Shown: piece after piece, positions 48,660-56,601 of the stretch | How the letters are laid out: each line of letters opens with the position of its first letter | Numbering within the stretch: position 1 is the first letter of the stretch | Assembly (NCBI GenBank): GCA_036677365.1 | Contig: JAVBWN010000014.1 | Span: 1 to 64,000 of the forward strand | Source of the DNA: Acholeplasma sp. | GTDB taxonomy: Bacteria; Bacillota_I; Bacilli_A; Acholeplasmatales; UBA5453 | DNA: 64,000 bases | Direction of reading: 5' to 3' | Translations under genes and position numbers: made by a program | The notes under the pieces: generated by a model | What the model was told of the DNA's origin: nothing | Databases searched by the model: none | What the model saw: the letters and a program-made list of their open reading frames with translations, nothing else

Positions 48660-49560
48660 TTGAGACTAGTTCATTTGTACCTGATTTCATTTTTTCTACT
48701 AAATGTGAGTAAATCTGTGTGCTTGTAATGCTGGAATGTCTTAGAGATTCTTTAACTTCCAATATGGATGCGCCTTGGATAAGGGATAGTGTGGCAAATG
48801 AATGCCTAGTTGAGTGAGCAGAGAATGCTCTACTATCTAGACCTATGGAACGAAAAGCATCTTTAACCATAGTCCTAATAACAGCTGTCTTCATACGAAT
48901 CTCTTGACCGCTACGACGGTATGTTGTAAATAGTGGATTATTGCGGTCGTCTAAATTGGTATTATCTCTAGTTTCTAGATAGGCAAGTAGTATTTCGTAA
49001 ACATCATCTGTAAGTTTAACAAAATTATCCTTGTCATCTCTACCTTTTCCTTGGATGTATAAAACATAACCATTACCTATGACATCAATATCTTCAATGT
49101 CAGCTCGTTCCACTTCAATTGCTCTCAATCCTGTTGTAAAAAGTAATGCGAGAATAGCTAGATTCCGTTTCCCTTTAACTGTGTTGACTTTTTTTCGAGC
49201 ATTATGAATCACTTTTCTTATATCTTCCTCAGTTAATGGTTGTCTTTTATAAGTTGTTGCTACTTTTACACCTTTAACTGCATAAGTGATATCATCATCA
49301 ATTCCGTTTAATTTTAGATATCTATAAAATCCACGAAGAACAACAAGTGATTTTTGGATAGATGATGAAGATAACTTCTTTTTAACTAGATAATCCTTAT
49401 ACGCTAGAATCACATTCCTATTTGGGTTAGTTATGTTATACGTTTCTAGATAATCTTGATAAGCATGAAGTGACTTTCGATATGATTCCTTAGATATCTC
49501 TTTTAAGTCTAGGAACGAGATGTACTCTGAAATTTTCTCATTTAGATCATAGTTCATCAT
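48616..49560 (-). CDS. XerC/D-like tyrosine recombinase
   Basis: SAM-like N domain plus the full catalytic set TGLR, GKG, HSTRH, LRH, TQIY; 314 aa with no arm-binding domain. Confidence 0.92.
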   Translation of the reverse strand: MMNYDLNEKISEYISFLDLKEISKESYRKSLHAYQDYLETYNITNPNRNVILAYKDYLVKKKLSSSSIQKSLVVLRGFYRYLKLNGIDDDITYAVKGVKVATTYKRQPLTEEDIRKVIHNARKKVNTVKGKRNLAILALLFTTGLRAIEVERADIEDIDVIGNGYVLYIQGKGRDDKDNFVKLTDDVYEILLAYLETRDNTNLDDRNNPLFTTYRRSGQEIRMKTAVIRTMVKDAFRSIGLDSRAFSAHSTRHSFATLSLIQGASILEVKESLRHSSITSTQIYSHLVEKMKSGTNELVSNAILKTKKEGRHEK

Positions 49561-49921
49561 CCATCACCCATCTACTTTCTCTTCTTATACCTAAATTTCT
49601 TCGCTCTTTTTGATATTCGAGTTCTCCTTTACAGAGGGTTTCAAAGTCTGTATTTAGGATGTTTGCTAAATCATTTAAGAACACAACATCCATCCGATGA
49701 CCTTTAATACCTTGTTCGATTTGGTAGTAATATGGTTTTGACAACAACATATTATTTGTAACCTCATAAATCGATAATTTTGCATTTTTTCGTAACTCAT
49801 ACAAATACATCCTTAAGTGGGGTCTTTGTTTTGCTTTATTGGTTTCATTCACAACACATCTCCTCCTGGTTGTGATAATTCTAACAAGCAAATAAAGAAT
49901 TCCTTGATGTAGGAAAAACAA
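49547..49921 (-). CDS. XRE-family HTH regulator (Cro-like); likely GTG start at 49852
   Basis: LYELRK...YYYQIEQG...LANIL; AGGAGG RBS at 49861-49867; divergent from cI. Confidence 0.75.
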   Translation of the reverse strand: MFFLHQGILYLLVRIITTRRRCVVNETNKAKQRPHLRMYLYELRKNAKLSIYEVTNNMLLSKPYYYQIEQGIKGHRMDVVFLNDLANILNTDFETLCKGELEYQKERRNLGIRRESRWVMDDEL

Positions 49922-49932
49922 GGATTTTAAAC

Positions 49933-50064
49933 TTTACTAATTGTAAATATTCTCTACTGATATTATATGTATTTTTATGCACAGTATATTTATTATATAT
50001 TTTTGTCACTGAAAATGCTTTTATAATTATCAAAATGTTTTATTTCAAGTTTACTTAATGTAAA
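49933..50064. promoter_or_regulatory. Genetic switch with two palindromic operators TTTAC-N5-GTAAA
   Basis: TTTACTAATTGTAAA (49933-49947) and TTTACTTAATGTAAA (50050-50064), one near each divergent gene. Confidence 0.65.
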
Positions 50065-50096
50065 ATTGTTGTTATGATATAATAAAGGTAGGTGAG

Positions 50097-50759
50097 GTGA
50101 ACTTAATGAATAATTCTTTGAACCAGGTTGTTGGTAAGAACATAAAGTCATTGCGTACATATGCAAATATTACTCAGTCAAAATTAGCTGATGTTTTAAA
50201 AGTATCTGTAGCTACAATTTCTCTATATGAAAAAGGAGAGCGTTCGGTTCCACTTGAACATTTAGCAACTCTTTCCAGAGTATTCAATGTGAAGATTGAT
50301 GAGTTATGTTCAATTTCTATATTTGATCAACACCATGAGAACGAAGTCTTCTTTGAACATTTCAAAATAGGCACTTCTACTATTTATACGTTTGGAGAGT
50401 CACGTATATCTAATCCACATTCAATGTATTTCACCATAGAAGATTCTAATGGTGACACATTAGTTTTTCTGAGATCTTCTGAGGTAACTGAGGGAGTCAT
50501 GTTGGTATCTGAAAGTCAAATTATGAGCACATTAGAAAGAATCGATATTGACGATCTAAAGAACAAGCGACTCTTCTTAACTACGATTTCAACGTACGAA
50601 AGACAAGATGGTAGAGAATCAGTTTACACATACACCGATCATAATGGTAAGAACATGATAATGAAGAATAGAGCTATGTTTATTTACTATGGTTATTTGA
50701 TTGCTCGGATCAAGCATCTAGCAAAAACTGAAGAGTTTTTCTTCGAAATTAAATCTTGA
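50097..50759 (+). CDS. CI-like repressor (XRE HTH + C-terminal domain)
   Basis: GKNIKSLR...TQSKLADVLKVSVATISLYEKGER. Confidence 0.85.
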   Translation: MNLMNNSLNQVVGKNIKSLRTYANITQSKLADVLKVSVATISLYEKGERSVPLEHLATLSRVFNVKIDELCSISIFDQHHENEVFFEHFKIGTSTIYTFGESRISNPHSMYFTIEDSNGDTLVFLRSSEVTEGVMLVSESQIMSTLERIDIDDLKNKRLFLTTISTYERQDGRESVYTYTDHNGKNMIMKNRAMFIYYGYLIARIKHLAKTEEFFFEIKS

Positions 50760-50763
50760 TATG

Positions 50764-50808
50764 TATGCTGTGAGCCACCCCATCGGCTCACTTTTTATTT
50801 GATAAAAT
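50764..50808 (+). promoter_or_regulatory. Third copy of the activator box promoter, overlapping the cI terminator
   Basis: TATGCTGTGAGCCACCCCA (16/19 match), N20, TAAAAT (50803-50808) with TG extension. GTGAGCC/GGCTCAC hairpin with T-tail. Confidence 0.6.
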
Positions 50809-50869
50809 ATACTTGGGTTAGTTACACGTTAGAATTGCATTCCTAAATCTAATTTAGGAGTTTTTTTAT

Positions 50870-51097
50870 ATGAACAGCTATAATATTTTGAAATCAGCAC
50901 TTTATGAATCAATCGTTTTATCTTTGTTAAAACGAAACATTTTATCGCTTGATGAAGCCATCGGTTGCTTAAATGCGATAGATAAAGACATAAAGTCAAC
51001 GAATGACTTGAATAAAGAAATGATTATGGTAAAACAAAAAAGACCTACCAATTGTAGTATTGGTAAGTCAGACTTGGAGGATTGTAATCATGAATAA
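50870..51097 (+). CDS. Small helical protein upstream of serine recombinases (possible directionality factor)
   Basis: AGGAG RBS; LLKRNILSLDE SHOCT-like motif; overlaps the recombinase start. Confidence 0.55.
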   Translation: MNSYNILKSALYESIVLSLLKRNILSLDEAIGCLNAIDKDIKSTNDLNKEMIMVKQKRPTNCSIGKSDLEDCNHE

Positions 51098-52706
51098 AGT
51101 AATTAATGTTATTCGACCAATACAAGCACACACACCAGGAGAAAATGGCGGTGTGTTTAAGCGCAAAAGAGTTGCTGCTTATGCCAGGGTATCTACAGAT
51201 TATGAAGACCAACTAAACTCATATAAAGCACAATGTGATGAGTACACGAAAATTATTACTTCAAACTCAAATTATACATTCGCAGGCTTATTTGCAGATC
51301 AAGGATTATCTGGTACTCAAGCTAAGAAAAGACCAGAGTTTATGAAGATGATTGAATGTGCAAAGAATGGTGAAATCGATTTAATCTTAACCAAATCAAT
51401 TTCACGATTTGGACGTAATACGGTTGATGTCATCACTTATATTAGAGAACTCAGAGAAATCAATGTTGAGATATATTTTGAAAAAGAAAACATTTCTTCT
51501 CTTGATCCAAAAATTGACTTTATGCTTACCATTTTATCATCAATTGCTCAAGAGGAATCAAGAGCAATTTCAACAAACGTTAAGTGGGCATACGACAAAA
51601 AATTCAAGAATGGGATTGTAGATCCAAGACGCTTTTTTGGTTATGAAGTTGTTGATGGTAAACAGGTCATCAAGGAAGACGAAGCAGTTGTAGTTAGACA
51701 AATTTTTACCTTGGCTTTAAAGAGATACAACGTCAATGATATCGTTAAAACATTAAATGTTGCGGGTATTAAAACACTAAAAGGTACCACTTGGAAGTAT
51801 GGTTCAATTCGTAGTATTTTACAAAATGAAAAGTACTGTGGTGATGCTCTTTTAAGGAAAACAGTCTGCATTGATTACTTGACAAGGAAGACCGTCCAAA
51901 ACAACAACATTGCTGATAAGTATTACGTCTCTAACAATCATGAACCAATCATTGATAAGGAAACATTTGATTCAGTTCAGTTGTTGCTTAAGGATAAATC
52001 CGATGTCGTTAGAAATTTGAACAAGACCACCAAATATCCTCTTACAGGCATTCTTTACTGCCCTAAGTGTGGTAGAACCTTAAAACGACAACAAGTCAAT
52101 CGTGGGGCAAACATGACGGTTGTATTAAACTGTAATCATTCCTATGGGAATGACCACATCTGTAAGAGTGGTTCTCCTAAATATGACCTAGTCGTCAATG
52201 CAGCAATAGATTCTATTCATGAAATCTATGCAAGTGATCAAGTCTTATCAAATCTCTTTGATGTGTTTGATAATAATGTTGCTTTAAATGATTTACGAGC
52301 AGAGTTGAATGCGTTAAAAGAATCAAACAAGCATCTTCACTCACTTCATCATGATGATCCTAGCAATAACGATATCATCAATCAAATTCTTCATAATGAC
52401 ACCAAGATTGAAACTCTTCAGAAAGAGCTCATCAGCAATTTGTCTTCTTCTGTTAGACTTGACTACATCAAATCAATTGTGAAAAATGAGCAAATGGAGA
52501 TTGACTCTATCAAGTTCAAAGATATCTATTCCCTGGTTTTAGCTGATGAACATAAAATCACATTTGTCATTTCGCCAACGAAACCCATGAACGCACTCGT
52601 TGATGATATTCCAACTCTACTTGAACTTGAATCCATTCTAAGCAAAATGTACATCTCTAAAGATGAACAAAGCGGTATTTTTTACGAGGTTAAGATATAT
52701 GAATAA
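51060..52706 (+). CDS. Large serine recombinase 1 (with Zn ribbon); likely start 51090
   Basis: AYARVST, D.GLSGT, TKSISRFGRN, ILQNEKYCG, HEPII, CPKC...C...C. Confidence 0.93.
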   Translation: MVSQTWRIVIMNKVINVIRPIQAHTPGENGGVFKRKRVAAYARVSTDYEDQLNSYKAQCDEYTKIITSNSNYTFAGLFADQGLSGTQAKKRPEFMKMIECAKNGEIDLILTKSISRFGRNTVDVITYIRELREINVEIYFEKENISSLDPKIDFMLTILSSIAQEESRAISTNVKWAYDKKFKNGIVDPRRFFGYEVVDGKQVIKEDEAVVVRQIFTLALKRYNVNDIVKTLNVAGIKTLKGTTWKYGSIRSILQNEKYCGDALLRKTVCIDYLTRKTVQNNNIADKYYVSNNHEPIIDKETFDSVQLLLKDKSDVVRNLNKTTKYPLTGILYCPKCGRTLKRQQVNRGANMTVVLNCNHSYGNDHICKSGSPKYDLVVNAAIDSIHEIYASDQVLSNLFDVFDNNVALNDLRAELNALKESNKHLHSLHHDDPSNNDIINQILHNDTKIETLQKELISNLSSSVRLDYIKSIVKNEQMEIDSIKFKDIYSLVLADEHKITFVISPTKPMNALVDDIPTLLELESILSKMYISKDEQSGIFYEVKIYE

Positions 52707-54171
52707 TGTTGATGTCATCAAAGTCATTCAAAAACCAGGTGTTAAGAAAAGAGTGGTTGGTTATGCGAGAGTATCTACTTCTGATGAACATCAAGATAGT
52801 TCATTTCGTGTTCAGTTAGACGAACTAGAAAAATACATTAGAGATAATCCATCTTATGAATTTATCGGAATGTTCAAAGATAGAAAAAGTGGAACGACCA
52901 CCAAACATCGAAACGAATTTAATGTAATGATTGATTTAGCAAGTGCTGGTGAAATTGATGTCATCATCACGAAATCAATAACCAGGTTCGCTCGTAATAT
53001 TCTAGATACTATATTACTTGTTAGAAGTTTGAAACTGAATAACGTTGAGATAATTTTTCAAAAAGAGAACATATCTTCACTAGATCCACAAATGGAATTC
53101 GTTTTATCTGTATTAGCAATGCACGCTGAAGAGGAATCGAAAAACAATTCAGAAAACACAAAATGGAGCATCAAGCGGAAAATACATAATGGTGGCAATC
53201 TTACAAGTCATATTTATGGATATAGGATAAAAGGGGAAATCTGGGAGGTTTTCGAACCAGAGGCTAGAATAGTTCGCATGTTATTTGACATGTATCTAAA
53301 TAATGTATCTTACAAAATGATGATAGAAAAACTTCATCAATTAAAGATAAAAACATTTACAGGTAAAGACAAATGGCACCAAGGAACCATTGAGCAAATG
53401 TTGCAAAACGAAAAGTATGCAGGACATATGGCATTAGGAAAAACATATATTGTCGATGGTACATCTCTTAGGACAAAACGCATAAATCAAGATGAGCATT
53501 TTGTCTTCAATCATCATACTCCAATCATCTCTCCAGAAACATTTAATGCCGCCATGAATCTTCGTTCAAAGCGAACTAGAAACGAATTACTACATTATGT
53601 ACCTGCTTTAGAAAGAGTCACTCCATTCTATCAATTTGTTTATTCTGCAGAAAATCAAAGATATCTAAAATATGTCGTAGAAAGACCTAAAGGTAAATAT
53701 GAAATTCCCACGTTGTTCTGTTATAACCAGGATAAAGCAAATAGAGTGATGATAACAGTAAATAATTTATTTCTTCTACTCAATGATTCCTTGAATAACA
53801 CTAAACATAAAATTGGAGATACTACATCAATGATTAGCGATTACATCACATCATGTATCCAAGAAATAGATACCGAGTTGACCACTTCTGCAGTTTATAG
53901 AATTGAAAATCTATCAAAACGCACTTTACTTTTACAAAGCAAAAAGAAGTTACCAAGTTACATTCGTGGCATTAAGGCTTTCAAGAAAGCTGATTCAATA
54001 GAGGATATGAAGAAATATATTAGATTGGTTAGGATCAATGATTATAATAGTTATAGCATTTACCTAAATGTATTGAGCGGTAATGAAAGTGAATATCATC
54101 TTTTCGATTCTGAAATGAGTCTAAAACTTAAATACAGCATCCAAAATGTAAAATACTCAGTTTACATTTGA
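52663..54171 (+). CDS. Large serine recombinase 2; likely start 52699
   Basis: GYARVST, TKSITRFARN, MLQNEKYAG, HTPII; Zn-ribbon cysteines not conserved. Confidence 0.92.
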   Translation: MNKAVFFTRLRYMNNVDVIKVIQKPGVKKRVVGYARVSTSDEHQDSSFRVQLDELEKYIRDNPSYEFIGMFKDRKSGTTTKHRNEFNVMIDLASAGEIDVIITKSITRFARNILDTILLVRSLKLNNVEIIFQKENISSLDPQMEFVLSVLAMHAEEESKNNSENTKWSIKRKIHNGGNLTSHIYGYRIKGEIWEVFEPEARIVRMLFDMYLNNVSYKMMIEKLHQLKIKTFTGKDKWHQGTIEQMLQNEKYAGHMALGKTYIVDGTSLRTKRINQDEHFVFNHHTPIISPETFNAAMNLRSKRTRNELLHYVPALERVTPFYQFVYSAENQRYLKYVVERPKGKYEIPTLFCYNQDKANRVMITVNNLFLLLNDSLNNTKHKIGDTTSMISDYITSCIQEIDTELTTSAVYRIENLSKRTLLLQSKKKLPSYIRGIKAFKKADSIEDMKKYIRLVRINDYNSYSIYLNVLSGNESEYHLFDSEMSLKLKYSIQNVKYSVYI

Positions 54172-54311
54172 AGTTCGGATTCGTGTTATGTCCGTCTCAA
54201 ATACTGGTTCAAACTCGTGTCACCTATTCTTTTTTAGATATAAACATTTCAATCAGCAGTCTACCAATCAATTAGCAGTTTTCTCGGTAGACTCTTTTTT
54301 ATACAAAAAAA

Positions 54312-54379
54312 TGCCCAATAAGGGCATAAATTTGTGAAATTAGCTCGTTTTTTCGAACCAATTCAAGATTAGTTTGGAG
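54312..54379. repeat. Right prophage boundary repeat (att), copy 2, overlapping the tRNA-Cys 3' end
   Basis: 59/68 identical to 8034-8101. Confidence 0.85.
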
Positions 54380-54448
54380 GCCCCGACCGGATTTGAACCG
54401 ACGATCAGGCAGTTGCAGTGCCGTGCCTTACCACTTGGCTACAGGGCC
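54375..54448 (-). tRNA. tRNA-Cys(GCA)
   Basis: Reverse complement GGCCCTGTAGCCAAGTGGTAAGGCACGGCACTGCAACTGCCTGATCGTCGGTTCAAATCCGGTCGGGGCCTCCA; anticodon GCA, encoded CCA. Confidence 0.95.
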
Positions 54449-54452
54449 ATTT

Positions 54453-54496
54453 AAACGTGCTATTACATTATAAACGGTAAATAGCACGTTTGTCAA
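54453..54496 (-). promoter_or_regulatory. tRNA-Cys promoter overlapped by a hairpin downstream of the nucleotidase gene
   Basis: TTGACA (54496-54491), 18 bp, TATAAT (54472-54467); inverted repeat AAACGTGCTATT/AATAGCACGTTT. Confidence 0.65.
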
Positions 54497-56506
54497 TTAG
54501 GTGTTTAGTGTTAAGTTTGTAAAACGATTTCTTGGTTGTGGGGTATGTGAAGATAGTATGGTATTTGTGGTATCAAAACTGCTGTAAACAGACTTTTGAA
54601 GTTGTAGTTCAGCCAGTACCATATCTCTTAATAATGTACCATCAAAGTTCGGATTAGACCCGTAGATGAATGGGTTATCGGTCTTATCAAAGATATAATC
54701 GTTGGTAGCGACTTTATACAATGTACCTGGAACAAACTCAGTTACAGTGGTACTATAGGCATCACTCGAACGATTGATAAAGTTTTGAATGACAGCGCCA
54801 TCTAAATACACGGTTTTAATGGTGTTATCGAATGGGAATATTTTATATAGTTTACCTAAAGTAATCGATTCATTGCTTGCCATCGAATCTCTGGTGCCAC
54901 CATAGTTATGGAAAGCGATGTCTGCGTTGGTCACTTGTCTCATCAAATCGGCTAACCAGTCCGATAAAGTGGATGATGGGATATAACGCGCTGCTTTGAT
55001 GATTTCTGTGTTGAATAACACATCGGTTTCTGCCTTATAACCATCGATCAATGCTTTCACTGCAGGATCTGGTGTATTTAATGCTGAATGGGTTTTGACA
55101 TTATTTGCGGTGATGGTGTTGCTATTTAAATCGATGCGGATATTACCGACATATTTACCATTCGAACTGCTTTGGATGATGGTGGTAGAACCGATGGTTT
55201 GAACATACCTCGAATGGGAGTGGGCATTGAAAATGATGTCCACTTTTTTATTGCCTGTGAATTGGGAAACTTGTGAATTGATGTTGCCGGAATCGTGCGA
55301 TAAGACAAATACATAATCGACATCTTCTTCTGTTCTTAAATATTCTGCGTAGTATTCGATGATCGAAACTGGGGATGCGAAGACGTAACCTGTGATTTTA
55401 CTTTGAGCAATCGAGGATTCTAGTCCATAACCCATCGTGCCAATGATACCAATCTTGATGTCACCTCGTTGGATGATGGTATACGGTTCTAAGTGTTCAA
55501 TCATGGTTTCGGTGGATTCATAATACACATTCGCACCTAAGAGTGGGAAAGTAGCTTCCCCATTGCTGGTATCACCATCAAAATAATTGGTGATGACATC
55601 GATGCCCCAGTCGAACTCGTGGTTACCTAAAACCATCGCGTCAAATCCCATGGCATTCATGATTTCTAAGGTTGAACGACCTAAGTAATAATTGGATAGT
55701 GCTGAGCCTTGGAACATATCCCCACCACCGAGTAAAATAACACCATCTGGGTTATTGGTACGGTGGAAATTGACGTAATTGGCGATGTAGGCTAAGCCCA
55801 AGTCATCGGTCCCTTTTTCAATCGAACCGTGCAAGTCATTTAAATAGAGAATATCGATATAATTGAGTTCAATGGGGTCTTTAGACCATTCAGCCACCAG
55901 CGTGATGTCTTGTGTGATTGGGGTGTTAAAGTTGAATACTGCGCCATTGATGGTATCGATACGCCATAAAACAAAGGTATAGCCAATACGGGTTGGGTCA
56001 TTGGGTGTCGGCACTTTTTTGCTTTCTTCCACTTGGGCTGGATTGACCAATGAACCCCCATTGGAATCAAAAGTAACCGTATAATAAACAGTCGCGTCTA
56101 ATTTCAATACTTTCACATTGAAGTTTCTTGAAAATTGATAACCTTCTAAAGATAACATCACTGTTAATGTTACAACGCGGTCACCAGCTTCAAAACTGGG
56201 TCTGGTGACAACCCCTAGATTAGAAATCACTTCAGGTGTATTGGATTGCCAGGAAAGCTCGATGGTCTTTTCCTTGTAGGTTAAAGTGGATGGAAGTGTT
56301 AAATGCGTATCGGTTACACTGGGTTGAGAAAGACTTGCGGATGCTTCTAATAAGAATGCATTGTAGTCGAATGGTTCGGTGTTATTTTCCACACAAGCCA
56401 CCAGTGAAAACCCAAGAAATGCTGTTAAAACCAGTAATAAAACTTTTTTCATATGACAAAACTCCTTATACATTAGCATTTTATTATAGCACGAAAACGC
56501 ATTCAA
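54497..56506 (-). CDS. 5'-nucleotidase/UDP-sugar hydrolase lipoprotein with Ig-like and InlB B-repeat domains; likely start 56452
   Basis: Lipobox LVAC; VTFDSNGGS repeat; NDLHG, GDMFQGS, GNHEFD, AHSH, FPFDN. Confidence 0.88.
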   Translation of the reverse strand: MNAFSCYNKMLMYKEFCHMKKVLLLVLTAFLGFSLVACVENNTEPFDYNAFLLEASASLSQPSVTDTHLTLPSTLTYKEKTIELSWQSNTPEVISNLGVVTRPSFEAGDRVVTLTVMLSLEGYQFSRNFNVKVLKLDATVYYTVTFDSNGGSLVNPAQVEESKKVPTPNDPTRIGYTFVLWRIDTINGAVFNFNTPITQDITLVAEWSKDPIELNYIDILYLNDLHGSIEKGTDDLGLAYIANYVNFHRTNNPDGVILLGGGDMFQGSALSNYYLGRSTLEIMNAMGFDAMVLGNHEFDWGIDVITNYFDGDTSNGEATFPLLGANVYYESTETMIEHLEPYTIIQRGDIKIGIIGTMGYGLESSIAQSKITGYVFASPVSIIEYYAEYLRTEEDVDYVFVLSHDSGNINSQVSQFTGNKKVDIIFNAHSHSRYVQTIGSTTIIQSSSNGKYVGNIRIDLNSNTITANNVKTHSALNTPDPAVKALIDGYKAETDVLFNTEIIKAARYIPSSTLSDWLADLMRQVTNADIAFHNYGGTRDSMASNESITLGKLYKIFPFDNTIKTVYLDGAVIQNFINRSSDAYSTTVTEFVPGTLYKVATNDYIFDKTDNPFIYGSNPNFDGTLLRDMVLAELQLQKSVYSSFDTTNTILSSHTPQPRNRFTNLTLNT

Positions 56507-56536
56507 AAAAAGTAAGAATATTTAAGGACAATCGGG

Positions 56537-56601
56537 TTGACAAAGAAAATACTTCGGATTATAATAAAGTTGAATTAGCACTCATTATTATAGAGTGCCA
56601 A
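56537..56601 (+). promoter_or_regulatory. Sigma70 promoter plus CIRCE (HrcA operator) of clpB
   Basis: TTGACA (56537-42), 17 bp, TATAAT (56560-65); TTAGCACTC-N9-GAGTGCCAA (56575-56601). Confidence 0.92.

Larger units (their letters stand above)
8101..54374 (-). mobile_element. Complete-looking temperate siphovirus-type prophage (~46 kb) integrated at tRNA-Cys
   Basis: Flanking direct repeat, serine recombinases at the tRNA end, and ordered lysogeny-replication-packaging-head-tail-lysis modules. Visibly more AT-rich than the flanks. Exact crossover within the repeat is uncertain. Confidence 0.92.

Noticed and set aside
48616..49560. Tyrosine recombinase as the prophage integrase
   Set aside because: It is ~5 kb inside the element in the early operon and lacks an arm-binding domain, while serine recombinases abut the att end. 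A dimer-resolution role is not excluded.
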